Source: Octopus vulgaris (Eukaryota). From it: a stretch of 64,000 nt of DNA. Of this stretch, positions 51,760 to 64,000 are shown piece after piece. The translations under genes and the position numbers were made by a program. Within the stretch, counting starts at the first letter, position 1. Every line of letters starts with the position of its first letter. The stretch spans positions 71,362,001 to 71,426,000 of the forward strand of contig OX597824.1 in NCBI GenBank assembly GCA_951406725.2, written 5' to 3'. Under the pieces are notes generated by a model, which saw only the letters and a list, made by a program, of their open reading frames with translations, was not told the DNA's origin and did no database searches.

Positions 51760-51914
51760 ATATACTTTATTTAAAAGCAGCAGAAATATAACAAAAGCTG
51801 TTACTCAGAGTTTCACGTTCCCATTTGTCGGACAGTTTTTGTCCGACGAACGGGAACGTGAAACTCTGAGTAACAGCTTTTGTTATATTTCTGCTGCTTT
51901 TAAATTAAGTATAT
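51760..51914. mobile_element. Penelope-like palindrome with hammerhead motif (51840-51875, +)
   Basis: Arms of ~75 bp. TGT-CCGACGA-ACG-ggaa-CGT-GAA-ACTCTGAGT-A-ACA. Confidence 0.72.
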
Positions 51915-54282
51915 CTATATATATGTAGAAATATGTTTGTTCATATGTGTGTGTCCTTGACTTCACATCGGTTATTCGTGTCCAGTCTTCTGTCAAAAAT
52001 ATGTCTGGCCATGGGAAAATATTACTCTAGTGGGAAACAGGTGAGGGTTGGTGACAAGAAGGGCATCCGACCATAGAGAATTTGTATCAACAAATTTCGT
52101 CTGACTTATACAAGCATGAAAAAGTAGGCGTATGCTGCTGCTGCTGATGATGATCAAAATACTCAACAGATTTTGTTTTAAATAAGCATATTTGATGAAC
52201 ACACAAACTTGTTTTTTGTTATATTGAAAACATTTAATTAAAAATCAACAACAAATCATGAACAGAGACAACAGATGTTTTATAAACTATTAATTTTATT
52301 AATGTATATGTTGGGTAGTATATTTTAAGGGTCACATAACAGGCTTCATTCTCTGAGAATATATTTAATGATCACACCTTTCAAGGAAAAAATTAAATAA
52401 ACTAAAAAAAAAAAAAAATTTAGTTCGTGAACAAGAGATTTTAATTTCTCTAAGACACATTTCAGCATCCTTTTCTTCCCGTATCACTATTCTTATGGCT
52501 ACATATTTTAAAAAGCATATTATGATCACACAATTGCATCCACTCACTGAATTCATACAGCAATTTTCATTTCCTAAATTATCAATTTCATAAATTGATC
52601 ACACATTTCATACATTGAATAACAAATTTCATTTCATGAATGTCTTATGCATAACAGATTTCACTTATCAAATAAATACTCGTTTTACGAACAAACAGTA
52701 AATCGCAACTCAGTGCAATCATACGATCTGCAATAGCCCCTTAGTCTCCCTACTGTTTCAAAGAAGGGAAAATACATCGGAAAAATCTAGTACTGGAAAC
52801 AGGATATCTTTAAAAACAAAGGAAAAAAAATAAAAGAAAAAAGACATGGAGCTCTATTCAGTTTCGAGTTGAGGTTAAACAACACCATCATTCTCAATAA
52901 TATTAAAATCTCATTCAGGAACTCATATCTCTTGAGCGCATATTGAATGAGAACAGCAAATTTCACTGTAAGTAAACATATTTCATTTTCTCAATCACGC
53001 ACCTACGAGAGCGTGCTTCTTGGCGAGCGCATGTGTGTTTGTGTTTATAAAATGGAAAATCCATTAACGCATCGAGATTTCTGAACCAGAACCATCGACC
53101 TTACACTACTTTTATACCTAACCTCGCCCTTCCCTCCTCCAATATCACATATTACAATGCACATTACCTTTTACACACATATCGATTACTTCACCCCCAC
53201 CATACACACACACAGTAAGTCTATTTGCCTCCAACGTACTTATCGGAAGCTTATCCGTAAATAAATTTCCAGTTACTCATTGAATTTATTTCATCTTCAT
53301 CTTCGTTTACTCATACATATATGTGTGTGTGTGTGTGTTTATACACACGCACACATACGTGCACATGTATAAAAGTGCGCAAACACAAATACATTCATTC
53401 TTAGCCACAACCGGTGTACAGTCGAAAAGTATACCTTGAAATTAAAAGTCAGCGTCACACTTAGTGTAGCAGAAAAATTGAATATATACTTTTGAGATTA
53501 AAAATGATTTCAGTCTTCCAACATCAGCTTTAGCTTATAGCTAGCTAGAAGAAAATTAAACGTATTGACATCTATGTTATCTTTTTTCATGGTTTAATTT
53601 TTTGTTAAAATTAAACCACGAAAACAAGTACAGTCGCAGACAGTGAAACTTATAGGGAAACATTTTAAGCGACACCGCCCACCAAAACCTAAGAGTAGTG
53701 GCGTGAAATAAATACGAAAAACGGAAAAAAACCGTAAAAATTGACATCCTATAAAGCTTTTTGCAAAAAACACATATATAAAAATATATATATACATATA
53801 TATTTATATACGTACACACATATATCAACACTCATTTTACTTTTAAGCTATAACCTACATCTAATCACGACAACTGATATTGTGGTGACGAGACTTCTTC
53901 AGAAAGCATCCTGTTTTAACGTGAATCACCAACTTTACCGTTGGTGCCAATGTCATATGTGGAATATCATCACGCTTGATGTTTCTTCTTCGTCTAGCTG
54001 ATCCATTATAATCAGGTAATTGTCAATATCAATACGTAGATGTCTTGTAAATATAATATTTACGCTTGAATCACTGTTTTCGCATAGAAATTTATTATAT
54101 ATATATATATAAATATATATATAATACTAGATTTATTATTTCCATCCATATCTATCATAAATATATTATATGTATTAATATGTAATATATGTAATTAAAT
54201 ACATAATGTGCTGCATATATATATGTGTACTTTTTTTTTCGGATTTATGATTTACCGATGATAAATAAGAAATCACGATATA

Positions 54283-54337
<55 letters not shown>

Positions 54338-54404
54338 ATAAAACGGTAAGATAACAAAAGAAAGAGACCTCAATATTATGTAAATAGAGGAAATTTATCT
54401 ATAC

Positions 54405-54548
54405 AATAATATGTTACATTACTCGGTAGTCAAGATAAAACTCTGAGTTTCAGAAATAGCCAGATAACCGAAGAGATGGTGTTGTGGATTTCCACTTCGG
54501 CATCTGAAACTCAGAGTTTTATCTTGACTACCGAGTAATGTAACATAT

Positions 54549-54552
<4 letters not shown>
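54405..54552. mobile_element. Penelope-like hairpin with hammerhead motif (54462-54524, +)
   Basis: Arms of ~50 bp. AGATAA-CCGAAGA-GATG...CATC-T-GAA-ACTCAGAGT-T-TTATCT. Lies between (TA)n arrays. Confidence 0.7.
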
Positions 54553-54592
<40 letters not shown>

Positions 54593-54836
54593 CGATTTCT
54601 TATTTAGGCACAAGGCCAGCAGTTTTGATAGTAGGAATAAGTCGACTCCACTATATTTGGTTGGCATTTTATTTTATTAAAGGGTGTGACTTCAGCGCGA
54701 TTCGAGCCCATAACGTAAAAACCAGAAGAAATAATGCAAGCTATTTTATCCGACTCTCCAACGATTCTTATAATCCACCACCCTTTTATCTATCTATCTA
54801 TCTGTCTCTCTCTCTCTGTCGCATCTGTGTTCCCTG

Positions 54837-55562
54837 CTGACTTTGTTTCCTCATAGCTTTCAAAAAAAAAAACGGATTTTTTTAAACGAAACTTTCTACG
54901 AATATCTTTCTGTTGATGTGATTGCAATTATATTGAAATTTAATGTGCAAAAATAGGAAAAAAAAAAAAAAATGTTGAGCGTGCACACTTGCACATTGAC
55001 ACATCAAATTTTTTTTTTTGTAAATTTCAAGTTTCATTTTGTGATGTGTGCGCGCCAACCAATATTTTTTCCACATTAAATTCCAATATAATCGTAATCT
55101 ATGCCATCTGAATGTTATCTGTAGAAAATTTCATTTAAAAATATCTATTTTTTAAGAAAGTTAAGAGGAAACGAAAGTCGCATAAATACAGACTGATGTT
55201 CCCTCCCTCAAGATCTTGTTTCTCCCATAACTTTCTGAAAAAAAAAAAAAAAAAAAAAAAATGCGTATTTTTATACAACATTTTGCTTAATTACGTTTTC
55301 AAGAATGTAGATTACAATTTAAAAACAATGATTATTTCGGGAAGAATTTTAGATCAATTTCCATCCCTCGCCGACTACGTTTCCATCAGTATCGGTAACT
55401 TCAGCATCTAAATTTTTTTTTTAACAGATCTAAATTTGCGTAACATCAATATATACTCTACTCTCATGAAAACGTATTTCGGCAAAATATTTTAAAATAT
55501 GCATTTTAAAAGGGGGTTATGAGTTATGAGAAAACAGAAGTCGTGGGAGGATATCAGTCAGT
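54837..55562. mobile_element. Two adjacent old TIR MITEs (~54837-55181 and ~55188-55562)
   Basis: gactttgtttcctcatagcttt / aaagttaagaggaaacgaaagtc, and actgatgttccctccc...cataact / agttatgag...gggaggatatcagt. Confidence 0.55.
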
Positions 55563-56019
55563 GAGGACACACACACAACCTTATCTCCCTTCCCTTCTCT
55601 GTATTTCTGTCTGCCTCTCTCTGTACATAAATATATAATTGTTTTGCTTAATCATATACGTACATACATATTGTTATATTCTGTAGTGTTTTTTATAATC
55701 TCTCTCACGGACTTTTACTATATATAGCGTATAAGTGTGTATATATACACATATGTACATATGTGTGTGTATGTGCATGTGTCTATGTCTCCTTGTCTTG
55801 ACATTGCATGATGGATGTAAATGTGTGACCATCATTACAAGTGGTGTCCTCTGTTTCCAATCTTCCATGAAAACCTGTCTGGCCATGGGGCATGGAGAAA
55901 TATTTACTTGAAGGTTGTCAACATGAAAGACATCTGGCTGTAGAAAATCTGCTCAAATAAATTCCATCTAAGTCATGCAACCATGGAAGATAGACATTAA
56001 AAGATTATTATTCAATATG

Positions 56020-57310
56020 TGTGTGGAGAGAGTGAAAGCACAATTGAACCATGACAGAATAGACCTAGATGAGATGCAGTTTGGCTTCATATCCAGACAC
56101 ACATGCAGTATTCCTGTAGGAAAAATATTTGGTTAAGAGTAAACCATTATTCTTAGCATTCATTGATTTGGAGAAGGTTTTTTTTAATGGTAATTTGTTC
56201 AGTTATTCAGTGGTCACTAATGAAATTAGATGATGGAGATGAATGGTTTGTGAGTCGTACCAGTGTGTATAAAAATGCAGTGAGTAAAGTAGAGTCACCA
56301 ATGGTTTCAGTGACAAATTTAGCTTGAAGGGAAGAGTCTATCACAGCTCATTCCCCAACCCTTTTCTATTGATCATAGTCCTACAGGCCATCACATACGC
56401 TTTCCATGGGAACTCCTATAAGCCTATGATTTGGTTCTCATAACCGAATCTATAGTGAAATTAGAGAGGAAATTCTGGGTACTAAAGCTAAATCAAAAAT
56501 CAAGAAGCTTCAAGATTTTAGCAAATAAGAAAGATGACCCTGATATCTTCAGGAAATTGCTTGCTTGTTATGCAGGAAAAGCATGGGAATAAACTCTATA
56601 TGCTGTACTCCATGTAAGCTATGAAGACATGGATGGTGTTGTGGAATCAGAGGCAGACTAACAGAGAGAGCAAGCTTTATATGTGATTGATGTACAGGAG
56701 CAATATGTACTATGAGCACACTGGAAATAGATTCTTTTATACACCCAGATGACTCACTATTAGTTGACAGCTTTTGTTACCTAGGAGACAAAATTATACT
56801 CTGAAAGCCTAATAGCCATGATATAGACAGGTTGGATAAAGTTCAGGGCTACCATTACTACTGACAATAAAGGAATTTTCCCTCAGAGTGAAGAGCAGAT
56901 TGTATGATGCTTGTGTTAGAACTGCAGTGCTGCATTGTACTGAGGCATGTGCCTTGAATGCAGAGGACTGAAGACTGGAGAAATGTAGTTAGCATGTTCT
57001 GTTGGATATTGAATGTTAGTTTGTATGAATGACACAATATAAATGTATTGAAAGAAAATTGAGCATAAAAAGATCAGATGTAATGTGCAAGAAAGAAACT
57101 TCACTTGTATGGACTTGTGATGTGTATGGATCATGACGGTTCTGTAAAGAAGTGCCTCTCATTTCATATGGATGGAGCTTGTGGAAGAGGGAGACCCAGG
57201 AAGACATGGAATGAAATAATGAAGGCTTATCTTGAACTTCACAGAGGAGATGACAAAGGACTGGGATGACTGATAATATGTGGTACTGAAGAAAACATGA
57301 CCATCTTGGT
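56020..57310 (+). mobile_element. Highly decayed RTE LINE
   Basis: Fragments LDEMQFGF, FLAFIDLEK, PWELL(YADD)-like and GRGRPRKTW with many stops. Confidence 0.75.
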
Positions 57311-57653
57311 GAAACAGATTCTGGAAGTAAAATGTGTGCACAACTGGGTCCCTTGCCCAATTTCCTTCTCAAGCCATCCCCACCACCCACCATCTCTCTA
57401 ACTGTTATATTCTGGTGCTGTAATAAATGTGAACAGAACTGAATTCTTCACTAGCTCTTCCCTGATACTACCTATTTGTATCACTAGCCAGAAGCATTTC
57501 ATTTGATGTCAGCCTTCATTCTTAATACTGTCCTTCTCCATCTGCATGTTATATTGATCATCAAAAGGCGGCGAGCTGGTAGAATCGTTAGCACACCGGG
57601 CGAAATGTTCAGCGGTATTTCGTCTTCTGCTACGTTCTGAGTTCGAATTCCGC

Positions 57654-58175
57654 TGTAAAGGGAACTGGTTGCTTCTTTACACTTTTGGGGTGCAACTTGG
57701 GTGCAACACAATTTCCTTTCTTTTTGTTTCTAGAAACCACCAGTCGGTAACAAAATGCAACTTTAAAAATATATACGATTCTTTATTCTCTTATTCACAA
57801 ATGAAGCACGATGGTATATTGGTATCCACTTAGTTCAACACAGCAAGGCTGAATTTTAACGTTTGTAAGATTCTTACAACAATTCAGCAGCAACAGAACA
57901 GGTCAAATCCTAAGCGTCTAGGACAGGAGAATAGGCTGATCACACGTTTAAAAATACGTCCTTTCTCTTCTATCGCCGTGTCTCAAGTCAACGACGCTAT
58001 TAAGGAACGCGATAGAATTTCTTCCCCAGTCTCTAGCGCATGTGCATGAGGGAACTTCCTTATGCCTTTCCAGAAGGTTCCAACCCCGCACACGCACACT
58101 GAAGAAGGATGTTCCGCACGTGCACACTTAAGAATGACGTTGCGTGTACGCACACTGGAATATAACGTCACTACA
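57654..58175 (-). repeat. 3' LTR of the Gypsy element
   Basis: Minus strand TGTAGTG...CTTTACA, preceded by the PPT-like AGGGGGAG. No partner LTR seen in the window. Confidence 0.7.
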
Positions 58176-61100
58176 AAGGCTCCCCCTCGAGTGCGGAAGC
58201 ACGAAACAAAATTCCTTGTAGTGGCTTCAGAATATAAGGTGGATACCAAATCACCAAAATGGCACACAATATGACAAATTAAAACAAAAATTTAAATAAT
58301 TTAAATAATACTCAAATGAACAAAGTTCAATTAGTATCGTAACTGTCACTGGGAAGTCAATTAAGAATGTCAAATATAAATTGTCTTTGAAAGTTTCATT
58401 GGCCAGTGAACAGTTCTGCCTGACCTCGTAACATAAGGTTTGTTCGAGGCGGGCTGCGACGACGAAGGTGGTGTTGCCGATGTTGGTATTGATAAAGGTG
58501 CATGTGTAAATGGTGGTGTTGTCGAAGGTTCAACGATGGTTGTGGCAGTGGGGTCATCAAAAGATGTGGACACCTCAAAATATGCCCTTTTAAGACGATC
58601 TACGGAGACGGTCTCCGAACGACCATTAATGTCAAGTTTGAATACTTTCGACGTGCGGGAAATCACATGAAAAGGTCCTTTATAAGGAGAAACAAAAGGT
58701 CCTTTGACAGTATCATCACGAACAAAAACATGTGTTCAAGAATCAAGATCTGATGGCACATTAGAAGGAGGATTTTGGTGTCGGGGACCCATAGGAGGAA
58801 GGTCAGAAAAATATCTGTGTAGTCGAGCAACATAAGACTCTAAATTAAGAGACTGTGACTTGTCTGGCACCAACATCGTACCAGGCAATGCCAGTGTGGT
58901 ACCATACAAGAGATCGGCAGAAGAAAAACCAAGGTCTGCTTTAATCGCAGGACGATAGGAAGAAATTCAGTCCATGACTGTGGATTCGGCGAGGCATGCA
59001 ATGCAATGCAATGCCTGTGGAAACGCTCCACCATCCCATTAGAAGCGGGATGGTAACTAGTGGTGCGTATATGATGCATCCCCAGGATTCGTGATAACTC
59101 ATGAAATAAAACCGCTTTGAATTGTCGACCACGATCTGTGGTTAAACTGGACAGTACACCATACCTAGAAATCCAATTAGACACGAAAACTTTCGCAACA
59201 GTTTCAGCAGAAATGTCTGCTATAGGAATAGCTTCCGGCCAACGTGAGAAACGATCGATACAAGTTAAAATATATGAGAACCCGCAGCTCAGAGGCCATG
59301 GTCCAACCAAATCAAAGTGGACATGGCAAAAACGGGCCTCAGGAGAAGGAAACTGTTCAAGTGGAGCACGAACGTGTCTATGGACTTTAGCACTCTGGCA
59401 CTTTAAACAAGAGCGTGCCCAAGAGGTAATCGATCGTCGCATATTGGGCCAGAAGAACCGAGCAGTAATAAGCTTTACTGTGGCAGAGATACTCGGATGT
59501 GACAATGAATGAAGAGCATCAAAAACAGAACGTTGATGTTTCTCAGGTACTAACGGCCTGGGTGAACCGGTGGAGACATCACAAAGAATAGAGCCTTCTG
59601 CTGAAGGGAGCGGACGGTAGGCAAATTTACAATTGATAAACTTGGGCGAAGTTAAATTCAACTCCGCTAAAGATGGTTGATCCTGCGAAATAGCAGTTAA
59701 GTCAATTGCTGCCGGAGAGGAAATGGAATTGACAGGGAGTCTAGAGAGAGCATCAGCTGGGACGTTCTCCTTCCCTGGCACATGTCGAATGTCACTTGTA
59801 AACTGAGAAATATAGTCCAGATGACGGAAAGCACGAGGGGAGAGTTTATCCATTTTAGAAGATAGTGCAAAAGTAAGGGGCTTGTGATCAGTATAAATCA
59901 CAAACTCTCGTCCCTCGAGCTGGTGCTGAAAATGCCGAACTGACAGATAGATCGCTAGTAACTCTCGATCAAAAGTACTATATCTGCATTCAGCAGGCTT
60001 TAACTGGCAAGAAAAGAAAGCCAAAGGTTTAGTTTCACCATCTACGGTGTGCTGCAAGACAGCGCCAACTGCAGAATCTGATGCGTCCACAGATAAAGTA
60101 AGTAGAGCATCAGGAGCCGGATGTGCTAAAACAGGAACTGAAGCTAGTTCCTTTTTAACTAACTCAAAGGCAGACAGTGCTTCAGCTGAAAGAGTAAGAC
60201 GGGCGTCCTTTTTAGAATTGCCCTTTAGCATCTGCGTTAAAGGAAACAACTTGTCCGCACACCGGTTTATGAAGCATCGATAGAAATTAACTATACCCAA
60301 AAAATGGCGAAGTTGATGCAAATAAGAAGGTGGTGCGATGCGCTGAATTGCTTCGGCTTTAGACAAGAGTGGTTTGATTCCACTCGAATCAATATAATGA
60401 CCGAGAAAATCAAGAGATGATTGCGAACACCATAGACGCGAAGACGCTGAAAAAGCTGAGACAAGTGCTGGAGATGATTTTCATGCGTATCACTTGCGAT
60501 GAGAATATCATCGACATACGCGAAAACAAAATCAAGTCCACGAACAACTTCATCTATAAAACGTTGGAATGTACTAGTGGCGTTCCGCAAACCAAAACTC
60601 ATGTATAGAAATTTGAAACAACCAAAAGGAGTGGTAATTGCCGTTTTAGGAACATCGTCTGGGTTGACAGGTATTTGATGATAAGCACGTATGAGGTCAA
60701 CCTTAGAAAAAATGGTACAGCCATGAAGATTCGCTGAAAAATCATTGAGATTCCTAATTGGATATCTGTCCGGAATCGTCACAGAATTTAGACGCCGATA
60801 ATCTCCCACCGGGCGAAAATCTGTATCCCCTTTTCAAACTAAATGAAGGGGTGATGCTCATGGACTGGTGGATGGACGTATCAGACCAAGCTGGAGCATA
60901 TGCTCAAACTCAGCCCTAGCCGTTTTAAGACGGTCAGGTGCAAGACGCCGTAGGCGCGAAAAAGCAGGCGGCCCAGTAGTTGTAATAAAATGGAGTGTCG
61001 AGTGTAAGAGTTTTGCCATTTTAAAGGTAATATCAAGTAGCTCTGGAAAAGAAGCCAAAAGAGAATGAAAAACATCTCCAGAAGTAGCAACAAAAAATGT

Positions 61101-61690
61101 CGGGCTTAGAGCTGAATCGGTAGATTCTCTGGTCGGCATGGAGAGTGTAGTTGAACTGTCGACTAGCCTCCGACGTCTGACATCTACCAATAGATCAAAG
61201 CTATTTAGAAAATCCGCACCTAAAATAGGATGCGGAATGTCAGCAATGACAAAAACCCACTGAAAATCTCAACGAAGATTTATGTCAAGGCGTAAAGAGA
61301 TCTGACCGAATGTGGCTATTGGTGACGAGTCAATAACGTGCAAGGTAACATTAGATCGTTTTGGCCTGTCGGTTGTGAGATGCAGAGGCCAAATGCTGCA
61401 ACAAGAACCAGTGTCCACCATGAAGTATTTCTTCGACACTAGATCCTTAACGAAAAATGCACGATAACTAGAAAATGATGTGGAGGAAGTTGACGTGCTC
61501 AACTCCTCCGAAGCTAATTTAAATCTTTATAGGTGCATGTCTGTATGCACCTATGTGCTTTCTCTCCAAATTTGGAGTGATACCAACACAGTCCAGACTT
61601 TGACTGTGTGGAACGTGATGATGAACGGCTGCGACTCCGCGATCTTGAAAAGAAGACTGGATATGCTTTTACTGTGGACTGCAAGCAGAT
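57654..61690 (-). mobile_element. Gypsy LTR retrotransposon (CsRN1-like lineage), 5'-truncated and pseudogenised
   Basis: Gag CWYH..FG..A..C...C motif (61535-61588), protease VDTGS, RT YVDD, RNase H VDAS...ELLAI...TDHKPL, integrase H-H-C-C / DL / TTDRG / GMVERFH, tail TRSGR. Domain order PR-RT-RH-IN. Inserted into a family A SINE head (57567-57653). Confidence 0.93.
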
Positions 61691-62258
61691 AACACTGTTA
61701 TTACAAAGTCATTATAATACTATCATTACAACCAACAAACACATGTGAAAGCAGGAAATACAAACTCATTCATGCAAGCACTCAGGTGCACGAGCATGCA
61801 CACACACACACACGGAAATGGGAGACCCAGGAAGACAGGGGATGAAATAGAAATGAACGACCTCAGGATGCTGAACTTTTCAGGTGAGATGACAAAGGAC
61901 CGAGATGCCTGTCACCTTGCCATACTCAAGAAAACCTGTATGTCACAACAGAAGTGTTAAGACTGATGCTTCTGGTGGTGTAAAGTATTCATGGCGGTGC
62001 CACATAAAAGCACCTGTGTGCTGCATATGTATGTATTTCATCAGAAGCATATGTATGCATATACATATATGTGTGTGTGGCATATGTATGTATATATATA
62101 TATATATTTATATATATATTTATATATATATATGTGTGTATATATATATATAGTTAATCCAAACAAGAAAGCACAAAAAAACACAACAACGTGAGGACAT
62201 CATCATCGAGGAACAAATATAGTATTATTGGACGCTCAGGTAGAAGGAAAGAAGGAGG

Positions 62259-62293
62259 GTTTAACGTTTCGAGCGGGGCTCTTCGTCGGAAAC
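62259..62293 (-). ncRNA. Minimal hammerhead motif in a Penelope-like fragment (~62155-62345)
   Basis: GTTT-CCGACGA-A-GAGC-ccc-GCTC-GAA-ACGT-T-AAAC. A related truncated fragment lies at 19140-19225. Confidence 0.65.
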
Positions 62294-62604
62294 ATAGGAG
62301 AAGGAAAGATCCAGAGAAGGGAAGACAGAGGAAAAAAAATCGCCATATATATATGTATTTCATCAGAAGCAATAATTACAGGACTCAATACAAATGTAGA
62401 GTATTCTTTATTACATTATAAATGAAAGGCTCTGATTTCCAGCACTCAGAGTTGTTTGTTTCTGATCATCAACTGGTAAACTGAACATGGTTTTCTTTTG
62501 AATTTCCATTGCCTGAATATTTTTTGAAATATGAATTGAAAGTTTAAAGGAAATACTTATCTTGTTTTCCTGTTTAAAAGCTTTTGTGAACGATGCTTGA
62601 AAAA

Positions 62605-62875
62605 CGATGCGGTCGGAGGATTGTGGTTTCAATTCCCAGACTGGGCGTTTTGTGTGTTTATTGAGCGAAAACACCTAAAAGCTCCACAAGGCTCTGGCAG
62701 GGGTTGGTGGCGACCCCTGTTGTACTCTTTTGCCCCAACTTTCTTTCACTCTCTCTTCCTGTTTCTTGACTAACACTGCAATGGACTGGTGTCCCATCCA
62801 GCTGGGGGGAACACATACACAACTGAAACCGGGAAACCAGGCCCATGAGCCTAGCTAGGCTTGAAAAGGGCGCAA
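62605..62875 (+). mobile_element. SINE family C
   Basis: gcggtcggaggattgtggtttcaattcccagac...ttgagcgaaaacacctaaaagctcc. Confidence 0.75.
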
Positions 62876-62888
62876 TTAAATAAATTAA

Positions 62889-62921
<33 letters not shown>

Positions 62922-63017
62922 CGTATGTATATATATACACACACACACATACTCATAGTGTACTGTTCTGTGATGGTAAGATCAACAAAAAAAACCCACT
63001 CTATCTGATGAGAGATA

Positions 63018-63202
63018 AATATTATTTAATAAACACAATGTTTTTATGTGTTACTATTAGTTTCATGTGCTGAGAACATGCCAAACATTGTTTTGTGATT
63101 GTGCTAGGATATGTGACATGTTATAAAACAATGTTTGACATGTTCTCAGCACATGAAACTAACAGTAGTACATAAAAACATATATTGTGTTTATTAAATA
63201 TT
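63018..63202. repeat. ~75-bp-arm inverted repeat
   Basis: tagtttcatgtgctgagaacatgccaaacattgtttt / aaaacaatgtttgacatgttctcagcacatgaaacta. Confidence 0.85.
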
Positions 63203-63804
63203 ATCAAATAACGTGTGTGTGTGTGTGCGTGTGTGCGTGCGTGTAAATGTGATATGAGAGACCTGACATCTTGCTGTATTCAAAAAGACCCATCCTCTAA
63301 AGCCGAAGTGTTAAGGTCGATCCTCTGGTGGAGAGGATTGGTCTGCAAGAGTCCTGTGCTGGTGCCATGTAAAAAGCACTTGTGCTGGTGGCACATTAAA
63401 ATCACCCAGCACACTCTGTAAAGTGGTTAGTGTCAGGAAGGACATCCAGCTGTTGAAACCAAGCCGAATCAGACTGAAACCTGGTGCAGCTTGCCAGCTC
63501 TGGTCAAACCATTCAGCTCACGCCAGCATGGAAAACAGATGTTAAAGGATGATGGTGACGGCGATGTATGTATACACACACACTGCACAAGTACATAAGT
63601 GTTAAGAAAAAAAAAAGAAAACAGATCTCTCAGTACATATTATTTTTCTATTAGATGCTGAATTTCACATTATTACTACAGATATTTTGTTTCCAATCTA
63701 TGGCGATTGGAAATGAGAATTTCGGAATAATATTTTGAAAAGACTTAGGTTATAATAAAGCATGCATGCGCGCATGCACACCCACACACACACACACATA
63801 CGCA

Positions 63805-64000
63805 CTTGCTGAAATTCTCTCGAAGCGTTAGTGCACTAGACAAAATGTTTAAAGCATTCTGTCTGTCTTTGTGTTCAAATTCTGCCAGAGTCAACTTTGC
63901 CTTTCATCCTTTTGGGGTTGATAAAATAAGTACCAGTTGAGGACTGGGAGCAATGTAATTGACTTACATCTCACCTGCTCACAAAATTGCTGGCCTTGTT
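63805..64000 (+). mobile_element. Old SINE family A copy
   Basis: gttcaaattctgcc...gcctttcatccttttggggttgataaaataagtaccag. Confidence 0.7.

Noticed and set aside
58840-60366. 508-aa ORF as a domesticated or active gene
   Set aside because: RNase H-integrase part of a Gypsy pol broken by frameshifts and stops on both sides.

Overview
AT-rich, microsatellite-saturated animal genomic DNA. The repeat content (tRNA-derived SINE families, RTE/CR1/Dong LINE fragments, Penelope-type hairpins) looks like an octopus (coleoid cephalopod) genome, but this is an inference from repeat content. The only host gene I can support is the 5' end of WDR26 (GID7, CTLH E3 ligase subunit) on the minus strand: exon 1 CDS 3376-3174, exon 2 523-424, with promoter motifs near 3.7 kb. 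The remaining ~60 kb is mostly transposon debris: three SINE families, a DD41D and a DD34D Tc1/mariner, hAT MITEs, a telomere-repeat-carrying TIR MITE, Helentron-like elements and a decayed CsRN1-type Gypsy element. Nearly all ORFs in the supplied track are microsatellite artefacts. Best leads: (1) a CUG-initiated N-terminal extension of WDR26 carrying an NLS-like motif, preceded by a small uORF; (2) a ~5.6 kb inversion between two inverted MITE copies with exchanged and unusually long (25 and 99 bp) flanking duplications; (3) several minimal hammerhead ribozyme motifs in Penelope-like elements, three with the non-canonical core CCGANGA; (4) an apparently intact -1 frameshift cassette at the Gypsy gag-pol junction. 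Repeat boundaries were read by eye and are approximate unless a TSD or TIR is quoted.
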